DNA from: an uncultured Planctomycetota bacterium
Lineage (GTDB): Bacteria > Planctomycetota > Planctomycetia > Isosphaerales > Isosphaeraceae
Assembly: GCA_963823665.1 (NCBI GenBank)
Contig: CAWGMQ010000005.1
Location: 416,001-480,000 of the forward strand
Length of the DNA: 64,000 nt
Reading direction: 5' to 3'
Within the stretch, counting starts at the first letter, position 1; each line of letters starts with the position of its first letter. The position numbers were made by a program, and so were the translations under genes. This document shows, in pieces, positions 21,053 to 31,392 of the stretch. The notes beneath the pieces were generated by a model. It had not been told where the DNA came from. It worked only from the letters and a program-made list of their open reading frames with translations, and made no database searches.

Positions 21053-24000
21053 ATGGCGAGCGCATCAGCGGGAAACCTCAAGCGGCACCTTGGGCGTCTC
21101 TTCGGCGCAGGCAGTCCCGTCGGACTGACCGATCGCGACTTGCTCGAGCGATGCACGCATGGGCGGGATGACTCCGCCGAGGCCGCATTCGAGACGATCC
21201 TGGCCCGCCATGGGGTGATGGTCCTCTCCGTCTGCCGGCACGTGCTTGGCGACGAGCACGCGGCCGAGGACGCCTTCCAGGCCACCTTCCTTGTCCTCTT
21301 CCGCCGCGCCGGATCGCTGCGCATCCGCGCGCCGGGCTCGCTGGGCCCGTGGCTTTACGGGGTCGCGCATCATATCGCGTCGAAGGCGCGACGGGGGGCT
21401 GCGCGACGCTGGGCGCGCGAGCGGCGGGTGCCGGTGCGGGGCGGGGGAGGAACTACGGCTACGATCGAGCGGGACGAGCTGCGGGCGCTCTTGCATGAAG
21501 AGGTCAACCGGTTGCCGGCGAAGTACCGCGCCGCAGTGGTGCTCTGCTATTTCGAGGGCCGGACGCACGACGAGGCCGCCGCCGCGTTGCAATGGCCGGT
21601 GGGGACGGTCCGGGGCCGGCTGGCCCGAGCCCGAGAACTGCTCCGAGTGCGGCTTACGCGCCGGGGCCTGGCGCCGAGCGGATGGCCTGGAGCCATTCTG
21701 ATAGAGCCGATCGCCCGGTTCGAGCCCCCGTCGGCGCTGGTGGAAGCCACCGTCGGCGCTGCGATCAAGGGAATGCCGGCCACGGCCGTGGGTGTGATGG
21801 CCGGGCGGGCGCTCAGGGGCCTGCACCTGGCGAGGCTCCGGATGACCGGGGGCGTGATCGGGATCGCCTTGATGATGGCCGGCTTCGGCCTCGCCGTACC
21901 CGGAGCGCCCAAGTCGCAGGACCGGCGGCGGTCCGAGACCACCCCGCGAGCGGACACGACGGCCCGATTCGTCTCGAAGGCAATCGATCGCCGCGCCGAT
22001 CCACTTCCGGAGCACGCCCGTCTCCGCATTGGCAGCACCGGATTCAATCACGGCATTTCGATCGGCCGGGTCCTCTGCACTCCTGACGGCAAGTCCATAG
22101 TGGCGATCGACCGTACCGGCGCCGTGCTCGTCTGGGATGCAGCCACCGGACAGTTGGTTCGAGCGATCGGCGGACCCCCGATCGTGTTCCGGGACATCGC
22201 GCTCGCGCCCGATGGCCTGACGCTGGCGACGCTGGAAACGTTCCAGACGCCGGGATGCGCGCTCCGCCTCTGGGACCTGGATTCGGGACGCGAGCGCCGC
22301 CGCTGGCATGAGGTCCCGGGATACCCCATGCATTTGACCTTCTCCCCAGATGGCCGGACTCTGGCCGCGGAGCTGAGCACCCAGGATCCGACCACCCTGA
22401 AGGAAAAACGCGCCATAACACTCTGGGACCTGACTTCGCCCACGGAGCGTCGGCGCCAGTTCGTGGCCGACTGGAGGGTTCTGAATGCGCTCGCATTCAC
22501 TCCCGATAGTAAGGCCCTGATCACGGGCAGCAACGATTTCGAATTACGGATCGCTGACGAGAAGCCCGAACGGGGCTCGCTGTGGCTCTGGGACGTCGCC
22601 ACGGGGCAGGCGCGGCGCCGCTTCCCGGTCGAGGGTCCTGAAGTCCGCTCGATCGCCGTTTCTCCCAACGGATCGCGAGTGGCCGCCAGCATATCCGACC
22701 AGACCATCCGGGTCTTTGACATGGCGACCGGGCAGGAGCGAACCCCGAGGCTAGTTCCGCGCCGCGCCCCCGGCCCGCCGGCCATCGGCAAGCGCCGGCT
22801 TCTGAACCCTCTTGTGATGAGCTGCCTGGTGTTCTCGCCCGACGGCTCAATTCTCGCGTCGGGCGCATCCGGGACGGGAGACACCGGGTCGTCCCAGCTC
22901 GCCGATGTCTACTTCTGGGACGTCGCCCGGGCAAAGGAACTCCGCCATCTCCCGGCGCACCAGGGATGGGTCAGGTCGTTGAGCTTCTCCCCGGATGGCC
23001 GGACGCTGGCCTCGACCGGTTCCGAGCCGATGATCCGCCTCTGGGACGTGGCCGACGGGCGAGAGGTCTTCACGCAGTCCGGCCATCGTTCGGCGATACG
23101 CAACCTGGTCGTCTCGCCAACCGACTCGACGGTCGTCACGGCCGGCCAGGACGGAACCATCAGGCACTGGGAAACCGCCGCGGGTCGTGAGCTGGGCGTG
23201 ATCGCCCGTTTTGCCGATTCGGCGGACACGATGGCCATTGCCCCCGATGGTAAGACCTTGCTCTTGGCCAGCAGCCACGGCGGAAGGTTCGCGCTCTGGA
23301 GCGTCGCCGAGCAGCGTGAGCTTCTCACTCTTCCCCGCATCAACCCGCGAAACCCCGTGCGCCATGTCGCGTTCTCACCCGACGGCAAGACCGTAGCTTC
23401 CGAGTGGCGGGTGTGGGACGTCGCCACCGGCCAAGTCCTGGTCACGTTCCGCGATCCAGACGAGCAGAAGAACCGCGATGCGAACTTCTTCCCCATATTC
23501 TATTCTCCGGATGGGACGAAGCTGATCACGACGGAGAGCGAGGGCGCCCGCATCTGGGATATCCGCTCGGGCAAGCAGGCGCGTTGGGCGGTCCGGGCCA
23601 AGATCCACCACTCTTGCGTGGCCCTCTCTCCCGATGGGCGGTACCTCGCGACAGGTGGTCTGGTGGCCCACTCCCGCGACATAGAGGCCGATCCGCAGAT
23701 CCACCTCTGGGAGCTGGCGTCGGGAGAGGCGGTCGCGACGCTCGAGGGGCACCGGGAGAGCACCCGGGGCCTGGCCTTCTCCCCGGACAGCCGATGGCTG
23801 GCCTCGTGCAGCGGCGGAAACGCGTCGCGCGACGACCAGACGGTCCGGATCTGGGACGTCGCCACGGGGCGCGAGCTGCGCCGATTCCACGGACACCTGG
23901 GAGCGGTCAACGAAGTCGCCTTCACGCCGGATGGCCGCTCGGTCGTCTCAGGCAGCGCCGACTCTACGGTGCTGGTCTGGGATGTCTCCGACCTGCCGAA

Positions 24001-24394
24001 CCACCGGGACGCCCAGCCGGTCACTGACGAACGGTTGAGGACCTGGTGGGCCGAGCTGGCCGGCAACGACGCCATGGCCGCTAACTGCGCGGGCTGGGCG
24101 CTGGGCGTCCCCTCGGCCATCGAGTTCCTCCGAGAACGCCTGCAACCTGCCACGTCCGCCGACCCCGAGGGTATTCCCGCGGTGAATGGGCCGATCGCGC
24201 CACCCGATGTCTTGCGGACCGTGCGCGCCATTGCAGCACTGGAGCGCGCGGGTACGCCCGAAGCCCGCGACGTCCTCGAGCGGATGGCAGGGGGAAACTC
24301 CGGCGCGATTGAGTCCAGAGAGGCGAAGGGCGCTCTTTCACGCCTGACTCGGCGCGGAGAGGCTCCGGCTCGGGCATTGCAAAGTCGGCCTTGA
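21053..24394 (+). CDS. ECF sigma factor with TM segment and C-terminal WD40 repeats (ECF57-like)
   Basis: [23 protein letters not shown], a TM helix, then many repeats of the form FSPDG..LA.....IRLWD. Confidence 0.92.
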   Translation: MASASAGNLKRHLGRLFGAGSPVGLTDRDLLERCTHGRDDSAEAAFETILARHGVMVLSVCRHVLGDEHAAEDAFQATFLVLFRRAGSLRIRAPGSLGPWLYGVAHHIASKARRGAARRWARERRVPVRGGGGTTATIERDELRALLHEEVNRLPAKYRAAVVLCYFEGRTHDEAAAALQWPVGTVRGRLARARELLRVRLTRRGLAPSGWPGAILIEPIARFEPPSALVEATVGAAIKGMPATAVGVMAGRALRGLHLARLRMTGGVIGIALMMAGFGLAVPGAPKSQDRRRSETTPRADTTARFVSKAIDRRADPLPEHARLRIGSTGFNHGISIGRVLCTPDGKSIVAIDRTGAVLVWDAATGQLVRAIGGPPIVFRDIALAPDGLTLATLETFQTPGCALRLWDLDSGRERRRWHEVPGYPMHLTFSPDGRTLAAELSTQDPTTLKEKRAITLWDLTSPTERRRQFVADWRVLNALAFTPDSKALITGSNDFELRIADEKPERGSLWLWDVATGQARRRFPVEGPEVRSIAVSPNGSRVAASISDQTIRVFDMATGQERTPRLVPRRAPGPPAIGKRRLLNPLVMSCLVFSPDGSILASGASGTGDTGSSQLADVYFWDVARAKELRHLPAHQGWVRSLSFSPDGRTLASTGSEPMIRLWDVADGREVFTQSGHRSAIRNLVVSPTDSTVVTAGQDGTIRHWETAAGRELGVIARFADSADTMAIAPDGKTLLLASSHGGRFALWSVAEQRELLTLPRINPRNPVRHVAFSPDGKTVASEWRVWDVATGQVLVTFRDPDEQKNRDANFFPIFYSPDGTKLITTESEGARIWDIRSGKQARWAVRAKIHHSCVALSPDGRYLATGGLVAHSRDIEADPQIHLWELASGEAVATLEGHRESTRGLAFSPDSRWLASCSGGNASRDDQTVRIWDVATGRELRRFHGHLGAVNEVAFTPDGRSVVSGSADSTVLVWDVSDLPNHRDAQPVTDERLRTWWAELAGNDAMAANCAGWALGVPSAIEFLRERLQPATSADPEGIPAVNGPIAPPDVLRTVRAIAALERAGTPEARDVLERMAGGNSGAIESREAKGALSRLTRRGEAPARALQSRP

Positions 24395-24701
24395 CCCGGA
24401 ACTCTCGGTTTTCCGGAATCGTCCGCCGCTTTGGGAGAGCCAGCAGATAAGTCGTTTGCGCGTTTACGTCCCTTTACGTCTCCGTCAATCGGCCCGAGCC
24501 CTGCGACACTGCGCCCATATATTCGCCAGAGTCGTTCAAGTCGCCGTCACTTGCGACCGATGAAACTGATGTATCCGGAAGTCGCGGGCTCGCGACGGTC
24601 CGGAAAGGGTGATGGAGTTCGCCCGCCGTTCAAACCGCCCGACATCGGGCTGATGACTCCTACCGCGAGGCACCAATGCCTCCCGGTAGGAGTCTTTTTT
24701 T

Positions 24702-25970
24702 TTGGGGAGCGCTCCATTGGCGATTCCTCGTCATGCCGCCGGGGCGGAACGGCTTGCGGCGCGATTCCGGCGCATCCTGGCCGTCGCGCTGGTAACGGGC
24801 GCGTGCGCCGGCGGGTGCGCGACCGTCAATCGGCCGGCTCAGTCCTCCTCGTCCTTCTCCACCTCCACCGCCGACGCCGCCGCGACGAGCAGCACGTCTC
24901 CCGTCACTGCTGCCACGGTCCGGGCTCAAAGCGGTGAACCGGCGGCAGGCCCTGTGGTCCCCGGATCGGCGGCAACCACAACCGCGGCACCGGCTGATGT
25001 CGTTCCGGAAGACCCACCGGGCGGCGCGTTCGATCCGCCACCCGGAGGCGCGCCGACCCCGCCTATCATCACCGGTCCCGTCGACACGGCACTCGAGTCG
25101 TTATTCGGAGAGGCGTCGACGTCGGATTGGACTCCGTTGTTGCTGAGTGAGCTGTTCACCGTGGGCTGGAACCAGCCATTCGTACACTCGCCGCCGAGTG
25201 ATGGCGGCGCCATGCGGCAGGAATGGATCAACGCGGCGAACGGGGTGTTCTACCGTCAGTGGGTGCTCGATTACAACTTTCGCGATCACGTCGACCCATC
25301 GGGAAACCGTGATATCGGCACATGGTCCGTTTTCGCGCCCCTCAGTCGGCGCCTCGAACTGTATATCTCGATTCCGTTCGTCGATTACCACCGCGTCGCT
25401 GACCCGATGGCTGCGAGCGGACCGGCGAACATGCTCTCGCGATCGAGCGCGGCGAGCTCGACTTCATCGTACAAGGCGACTTTCGGAGACATGAGCATCA
25501 CGCCTCAGGTCTTGCTCCACGAGACCCAGAACACCTCGATCATGTCGATCCTCACGGTTCGGACTCCCACGGGCTCAATCGACGCGGGTAACGGTGAGAC
25601 TTCGCTCGGGCCCCAGATCCAGTTCTGGCAAGGTCTGCCGAACCGCTGGGTACTACGCGGCGGCGCCGGCCCGACCATCCCGTTGTCGACGACTGGAGCA
25701 CGCACGACGCTCGACTCCAACTTGACGATCGGCAAGTTCCTCACGCTCGACGAGGTCAGGTATTTCAAGGAATTCACGGTCTGGCTGGCGGTCAACAACT
25801 CGGCGACGACAGACAACCGCGGGCCCGGTGGTGATACCTTGACCATCCTGCCGGGAATCCGGTTTCGGATTGCCCCGCAAACGTGGTTCCTCTACGGCGT
25901 CGAGATACCTCTGGTTGCACCTAGAGATGAGGCTTTTGGCATGTATTTCCGGCTTGTGAGGCGGTGGTGA
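24702..25970 (+). CDS. Putative outer-membrane beta-barrel / lipoprotein
   Basis: Signal peptide with a lipobox-like Cys (VTGACAGGC), Ser/Thr/Pro linker, amphipathic strands, PTG...GNG motif, terminal YFRLVRRW. Confidence 0.6.
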   Translation: MGSAPLAIPRHAAGAERLAARFRRILAVALVTGACAGGCATVNRPAQSSSSFSTSTADAAATSSTSPVTAATVRAQSGEPAAGPVVPGSAATTTAAPADVVPEDPPGGAFDPPPGGAPTPPIITGPVDTALESLFGEASTSDWTPLLLSELFTVGWNQPFVHSPPSDGGAMRQEWINAANGVFYRQWVLDYNFRDHVDPSGNRDIGTWSVFAPLSRRLELYISIPFVDYHRVADPMAASGPANMLSRSSAASSTSSYKATFGDMSITPQVLLHETQNTSIMSILTVRTPTGSIDAGNGETSLGPQIQFWQGLPNRWVLRGGAGPTIPLSTTGARTTLDSNLTIGKFLTLDEVRYFKEFTVWLAVNNSATTDNRGPGGDTLTILPGIRFRIAPQTWFLYGVEIPLVAPRDEAFGMYFRLVRRW

Positions 25971-26263
25971 ATCACAGGCGCTGCGGTCGCATCGTCTCGA
26001 CTTCGATCAAATGGCGTTGGGTCGAATGGTGGACCCGCAGGGTTCCAATAGAAGGATTCACAGTTGAGATGATCCTTGTTTTCCGAGCTTCTTGGCGTGA
26101 TGTCTGGAATCCCTGGCTCCGCCTCGCAACCAGAGATTGGGTGTCTGGCTCCTCCTCGGACGCGATCAGTATTGTGAACGCAAAACGGTCCGCGTCCCGG
26201 TTCATTCCCCAGTTTCAACTTGAACCAACTCGAATCTTTCATTCCTGCGCTGGACCTCCACTT

Positions 26264-29032
26264 TCACTTTCGCAGTTTTCCAGCGTATATGACCACCGGG
26301 ATGTTCACGCCGATTTTCAGCGGGGCCTGGCTCATCACCCACGACGTCAGGTCCCCGTTCGGACCCTTAAAGATGAGAGTCGTTCCTGGTTTGATATAAT
26401 CTGGATTCGAGACATACGCACCGATTTCCCCGCCCCCGGGGTTAAATATCTGATTTGTGACCCTGTTCGGATCCTTGAGGGGATCGTTCGTGGGATTGGT
26501 CAAGGTGATCATGTAATCATCCTTATACTTGCCGTCTCCGCCTACCTGGCTGATCGTTGCCGTGGTGTCGATCTCGCCCCACCGGACCGTCGGGAACCAT
26601 TCATTCTGGTTGGTGAGGCCAGCGATCCCCCCGACACCAATTTGCAGATTACTGGGAAGGTGGTTGTATACCGTGTCGCCGGGGGTCGAACCGGCAGCCA
26701 GGACGGGGCCGGCCGCCGAAGGATTGGACACATCGTCGTCGACCGAGAAGGCGTACCCTGCCGTGTTCTCCACGTCGTGAACGAACCATACGTATGGATC
26801 AAGGTTGTAGACGTTGAAATCTTTGCCTCCAGTCTTGGGTTGAGCCGGGTTCGGATACCACTCGTTCTGGTCCGGAATAGCAATGAAATTCCAGACCCCG
26901 CGCAAGAGGGATTTCACCACGTCGCGGACCTGGCCCGTGAGATTCTTTCCCCCGGGCAGGGCGTCTGTCGGCAGGTTCGCATAGAACTGGATGACCCGGG
27001 AGACGATGTCCGCCGACTTGGACAGAGGGGTCGCCGGTGGGTTTGGGACGCCGGCCTCTGCCGACAATGCCGCATAGACAGATCCCGCAAACAGCGTTGC
27101 GTTCTTGTCGTCCGCGGGGAACGTCAGGTCGTATGTCTTTACCTCATTCGTATACGGAATCTGCGGCGGTCTGCCGAACGTGTATGACTGGTCGCCGGCC
27201 GGGACGGTAGTAGGGAGCAGGCTGAGGTAGATTATGTCACCCTTCGCGTTGGCAGCAGCGATGGGCACGCCCTTGGAATCGGTGATGCTCAGGATCGTGG
27301 TGCCCGGTCGAATCCAATTCGGACCACTCACCGTCATTCCCACACGCAAAGGCTTGTCGGGAGCAGACGAAAGGGTGAAAGCGTTGTAGACCGGTACTTC
27401 CGCAGTCGGTGGGATGTAAGCGGCTTTTGCGGGGTCCTTGGCCGGATAGTCCTTGAACGCCGTGGTGACATAGTGCTTCGCCCACGAGTACCACAGCTCG
27501 GTGATGTCGCTAAGCGCGTAATCGTCCAGCGGGGTCTTGAAAGTGAGGACCTCACCGGTGTCTTTGCCTTTTCCCGTGGCCTGGTTCAGCAGAACGTACG
27601 GTTTCTTCGCGTCGACTCCCGTAACGTGGACTTCATCGACCTTGGTTCCCGGTAGAATGATCCCCGTTGGTCCGGTGACATCCATCCCCTTCTTCAAGAG
27701 CTCGATCTTTGAGCGTGCCTCCAAGGGATTAATATAAAGCTTCTTTGAATCGTCCGGAAACGCCCCCAGGATAGTCTCGATGGGTCCAGCGCCCGAGGTC
27801 GTACTCGTCAGCAGGTAATAGTTTTGATCATAGGGCGACCTGGCATCAGTCAGCGGGCTGTAGGCAAAAATGCTGGCGGCAGAGGGGATCACGATATTCG
27901 TGGAATTGGGGTTGGAATTATAAAACATGGGCCATCCCTTACCGCCAAAATAATCCCCGATCTTGGCTTTGCCCTTGTTCTCGGTGAAATCCTTGAGCAG
28001 AGGATACCAGTCCGTGGCGCTTTGGTTTGCCGCGTTCCAGCCGAAGTTTTCTGGAGGATCGTAGTAAATGGGAACGGGCTGGGTTGGATCCGCCTGAACA
28101 CCATCGACAACCGGAACGGCGCTGGCCTCGAGCGCCACGGGGGTCGTCAACTTATCGACGTATGAGACGTCGTAGTTGATGAGGGGATATGTCTGCAGAT
28201 TATCGGTGATGAACTGCTTCAGGTAGGGATCTCGAAACGTCAGTTCAAGCAACTGCGCGGGGGCGGCAAGTGACACCCCTTCAGGCGTTACCGGATTAAA
28301 GTAGAACACGATGACCGGTTTGTCGGCGACCGGATAGTTGGAGGCGTTTGTCACCCACGTCGTTGTATTTTCCGGCGTGGTGCCGGAGGCCGCAGTGCCA
28401 GCGATGCTTATCTTTGCAGTTGCGTAGTAATGGTATAGCAGCGTATTTTCCGTCAGGCCGGTAGAGTCGGTCGAGATCATGAAGTTGCCTCCGTTCCAAA
28501 AGACGAGCGGCAACTGAAATGTAATGGACGCGCCCGATGGAACGCCCATAAACGTGCCATCGGACGTTTGATATCCAACGTAAAGTCGAAAGTCGAGGCC
28601 ATCACCGCCGGGAGGAGTATGGAGGTCCTGAGGATCGTAGTACTTCAGATTGTTGGGGGGTATCGGAGTAGCGTTCGGATCCGCCCCGGTATTCGCGTCC
28701 CAGATAAATGGATAGATCGTGTCCGGGCTATTGTTGGTCAGCGAGATGGTCTTGGTGGCGTCGGCCTTGGACGGGGAGGGAACATTCTGGATGCCATTTG
28801 TTGTGTCCAAGGGCGGGCCGCCGTTCCAGATGATAGCGGACAAAGGTACGGCTGCCGCGACCTGAGCGGGTGGAATCTGATTCGCCGGCAAGCTGAGCAC
28901 CAGGCGCTCTTCCAGCCGCAATACCCCGGCCTCGACCTGCAATCGGCGGTGGGCTCGACGCCGCCGCACTCGCGCACGATCTTTGAGACGGAACCGAAGA
29001 TTCAGCGTGTACCGCGAGTCGGATCCAAACAT
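26264..29032 (-). CDS. Large secreted protein with thaumatin/GH64-like motifs
   Basis: RLEERLVLS export signal; KTISLTNNSPDTIYP, INYDVSYVD, YVWFVH...GYAFSVDD motifs. Confidence 0.7.
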   Translation of the reverse strand: MFGSDSRYTLNLRFRLKDRARVRRRRAHRRLQVEAGVLRLEERLVLSLPANQIPPAQVAAAVPLSAIIWNGGPPLDTTNGIQNVPSPSKADATKTISLTNNSPDTIYPFIWDANTGADPNATPIPPNNLKYYDPQDLHTPPGGDGLDFRLYVGYQTSDGTFMGVPSGASITFQLPLVFWNGGNFMISTDSTGLTENTLLYHYYATAKISIAGTAASGTTPENTTTWVTNASNYPVADKPVIVFYFNPVTPEGVSLAAPAQLLELTFRDPYLKQFITDNLQTYPLINYDVSYVDKLTTPVALEASAVPVVDGVQADPTQPVPIYYDPPENFGWNAANQSATDWYPLLKDFTENKGKAKIGDYFGGKGWPMFYNSNPNSTNIVIPSAASIFAYSPLTDARSPYDQNYYLLTSTTSGAGPIETILGAFPDDSKKLYINPLEARSKIELLKKGMDVTGPTGIILPGTKVDEVHVTGVDAKKPYVLLNQATGKGKDTGEVLTFKTPLDDYALSDITELWYSWAKHYVTTAFKDYPAKDPAKAAYIPPTAEVPVYNAFTLSSAPDKPLRVGMTVSGPNWIRPGTTILSITDSKGVPIAAANAKGDIIYLSLLPTTVPAGDQSYTFGRPPQIPYTNEVKTYDLTFPADDKNATLFAGSVYAALSAEAGVPNPPATPLSKSADIVSRVIQFYANLPTDALPGGKNLTGQVRDVVKSLLRGVWNFIAIPDQNEWYPNPAQPKTGGKDFNVYNLDPYVWFVHDVENTAGYAFSVDDDVSNPSAAGPVLAAGSTPGDTVYNHLPSNLQIGVGGIAGLTNQNEWFPTVRWGEIDTTATISQVGGDGKYKDDYMITLTNPTNDPLKDPNRVTNQIFNPGGGEIGAYVSNPDYIKPGTTLIFKGPNGDLTSWVMSQAPLKIGVNIPVVIYAGKLRK

Positions 29033-29388
29033 GGCGAGCTCCTGGGAGTGGATGTTCGTCGGATGGTGAGCGAGTCAGACCCTTCGTAGCCCGGAATTGA
29101 CTCCGTTCCTGCGTTCCGTAAGGCACTGCGACAGGGTCGCCAGTTCGTCTCACGGTGCAAAAGAATCTCGGCGAGTGGTGAGTAACGAACGAGAACCGCC
29201 AGTTCGTTTCTCAATGCAGTAAAGTTTCGTAGCAACCGGCGAATCGCCCCGATGCATACAGCCGGGGACAGCACCAACATGCGAGAGCGGGGCACCCCAT
29301 CCGATTTCGGCTGACTTCGCCGCGTTGAGCCCAGCCGACGAACGGTGTTCAGCCGTCGGTCTTTGGCGAGCCATGGTCGCCGAACGAT

Positions 29389-30945
29389 CTACAGCGCCAG
29401 TCCCACTGTGGTCAACCTAGGATGATTGTGACGTCTAGTCAAGTGCGAGCTTTCGCGATGCGCCATAGGGACCCCACGATGCTCGGCGATGAGGCGGGAG
29501 AGGCTCGTGCCGCCCGGCAGGCCGCGGCGGCCATGCCGGATCGCCACGTCGAGGTTGACCCATTTCTCGCCGGGCGCGCCGTCAATCGGACCCGAAGTGT
29601 TGGTCGGCCACCGGCCTGTTGCGGCGCGGTGGGCGTCGGCCCAGGCGAGGACCTGGTCGACCGTAAGGTCGGGCCGTCTGCCTCGGGCGGCGGGGTCGAG
29701 CGAGCGCCCGAACAGCTCGGTCAGCGAGGTGCCGCGAGGGAGGCCGCGGCGGCCGAGCTTCAGAGCGCCGCCGACCGCCGACCAGGTCTCGTCGGGGACC
29801 CCACGCACCGGGCCGGCATAGGCGTCGGGCCAGCGGCCGGTGGCCTCGCGGTGGGCACGAGCCCAGGCGTAGATCTTCCGCAGCGATAGCCGCCGCGGCC
29901 GCACCGGCCGGTGCTTCGCCAGCAAACGGGCCAGCGACGATTGGCCGGACAGGCCGCGGTAGCCGTTGTACAAAGCCATATTGACGATTGCCCACGTCTC
30001 CACCGATCCCTCGGCCACAGGGCCTGAGCTCGCCGTTGGCCAGCGGCCGGTCGCAGCGCGGTGAGCGTCGGCCCAGGCAAGGATCTGCGCGATCGTCAAA
30101 CGAGGTAAGTCACTCTGGTTGCGGGCGCCGCAGTGCTGGGCGAGTAGCTGTGCGAGCGACGAGCCGCCGGGCAGGCCGCGACTGCCCCGGCACAGCGCGC
30201 TGCTGATCGCGTTCCAGTTCTCCCCGGGGACACCGCGGACCGGCCCGGAATTTTCGCCGGGCCACGCGCCGGTGGCCTCGCGGTGGTCGCTGGCCCAGGC
30301 GATAATCTTCGCGGCCGTCAGGGATGGCTCCGTGTAGATGTTCGGAGCTTGGCGGTGCTCAGCAAGCAACTGGGCCAGCGTGATGCCGCCGCGCAGGCCG
30401 CGGCGGCCCGCCCGCAGAGCGCGGTCGAGCCTCGGCCAGGTCTCCAGGGGCACGCCAGAGACCGGACCGGACGACCACGAACTCGGCCAGCGGCCGTTGG
30501 CCGCGTGATGCGCGTCGGCCCAGGACAGGATCAAGTCGATCGTCAGGCGGTAGGTCGCGCGCGGTCCTATCGCGCGGTAGCGCCGTGGCCGCCGTGTCGG
30601 GAACTGCTCGGCCTCCCAGGCTCGCAGCCGTTCGACCGGCGACTCCGGGTTAGCCCCTTGCGTGACTCCGCGCTCCTCGGCCAGCAGTATGGCCAGCGAC
30701 GATCCCCCAGGGTGCCCGCGTCGGCCCCGCCTCAAGGCGGTGTCGATCGCTGACCAGGTCTGGTCGTCCGCCCCGCCGACCGGCCCGGAACCCCGGTCAG
30801 GCCATTGCCCGGTCGCCGTGCGGTGGGCATCGGCCCAGCGCAGGACCCGCTCGATGTCCAGCGCCCTACGCTTCTCAGCCGCCCTACTCGGCGCCGCCGC
30901 TGTGCCGGCGCGCGCCGATCCCGACGCCCCGCATTTCTTTTTCAT
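29389..30945 (-). CDS. Hypothetical protein of six ~70-aa repeats
   Basis: Six copies of L(T/S/D)xxxIxxWAxxHxxxTGxWPxxxSGPV...WxxxxxALxxGxRGLxGxxSLxxL; likely start ATG 30945 (MKKK). Confidence 0.8.
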   Translation of the reverse strand: MKKKCGASGSARAGTAAAPSRAAEKRRALDIERVLRWADAHRTATGQWPDRGSGPVGGADDQTWSAIDTALRRGRRGHPGGSSLAILLAEERGVTQGANPESPVERLRAWEAEQFPTRRPRRYRAIGPRATYRLTIDLILSWADAHHAANGRWPSSWSSGPVSGVPLETWPRLDRALRAGRRGLRGGITLAQLLAEHRQAPNIYTEPSLTAAKIIAWASDHREATGAWPGENSGPVRGVPGENWNAISSALCRGSRGLPGGSSLAQLLAQHCGARNQSDLPRLTIAQILAWADAHRAATGRWPTASSGPVAEGSVETWAIVNMALYNGYRGLSGQSSLARLLAKHRPVRPRRLSLRKIYAWARAHREATGRWPDAYAGPVRGVPDETWSAVGGALKLGRRGLPRGTSLTELFGRSLDPAARGRRPDLTVDQVLAWADAHRAATGRWPTNTSGPIDGAPGEKWVNLDVAIRHGRRGLPGGTSLSRLIAEHRGVPMAHRESSHLTRRHNHPRLTTVGLAL

Positions 30946-31189
30946 GATCTGGACCCCCGATATCCGTGCGGTCGAAGCAACGGCTTTATTAGGCCGCACG
31001 ATAGTCGTGACAGATACAGCCAGTCGACAAATTCCGCAAGGTCGAAATAGTGGGTACGCGCGATTGCGGTTTATGTAAACCGATCATCGCCCGCGCTGCG
31101 GCAACCCTCGACCTCGTCGACGGGGCTGGTCTTGTGGTGCATTCGGAATTCGCGACGGAGGTTCTTCGTCGGTGAGGGCTAACTGACTT

Positions 31190-31244
31190 GGGGGCCGTGA
31201 GACAAAGGATGGGTGTCTGGGATCATCTGGAATCATCTGGAATC
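31190..31244 (+). repeat. Isolated right end of the 148-bp element, with a tandemly duplicated terminal motif
   Basis: GGGGGCCGTGAGACAAAGGATGGGTGTCTGG followed by GATC-ATCTGGAATC-ATCTGGAATC. Confidence 0.85.
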
Positions 31245-31392
31245 ACTCTTCCAAGAAAAGAATCGCGACCCGAAATAATTCGGCCGGTCAAGTCAGATCC
31301 TGCTTCCGCCGCCGGTACCATCTCTCGATCGTTGCAGCTTCTGGGCCCTCCTACGGGTGCGTAATTGACGGAACTTGTCAAGGCGATACACC

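Noticed and set aside
25964..27187. 407-aa plus-strand ORF and similar long ORFs (13678..15045, 16618..17979, 31402..32745, 39029..40339, 57318..58556)
   Set aside because: Antisense shadows of well-supported genes, expected in high-GC DNA, with no recognisable motifs.
29033..29388. Hairpin-rich intergenic region as a tRNA or riboswitch
   Set aside because: No cloverleaf, T-loop or recognisable riboswitch consensus by eye; an Rfam/Infernal scan would be needed to exclude an ncRNA.
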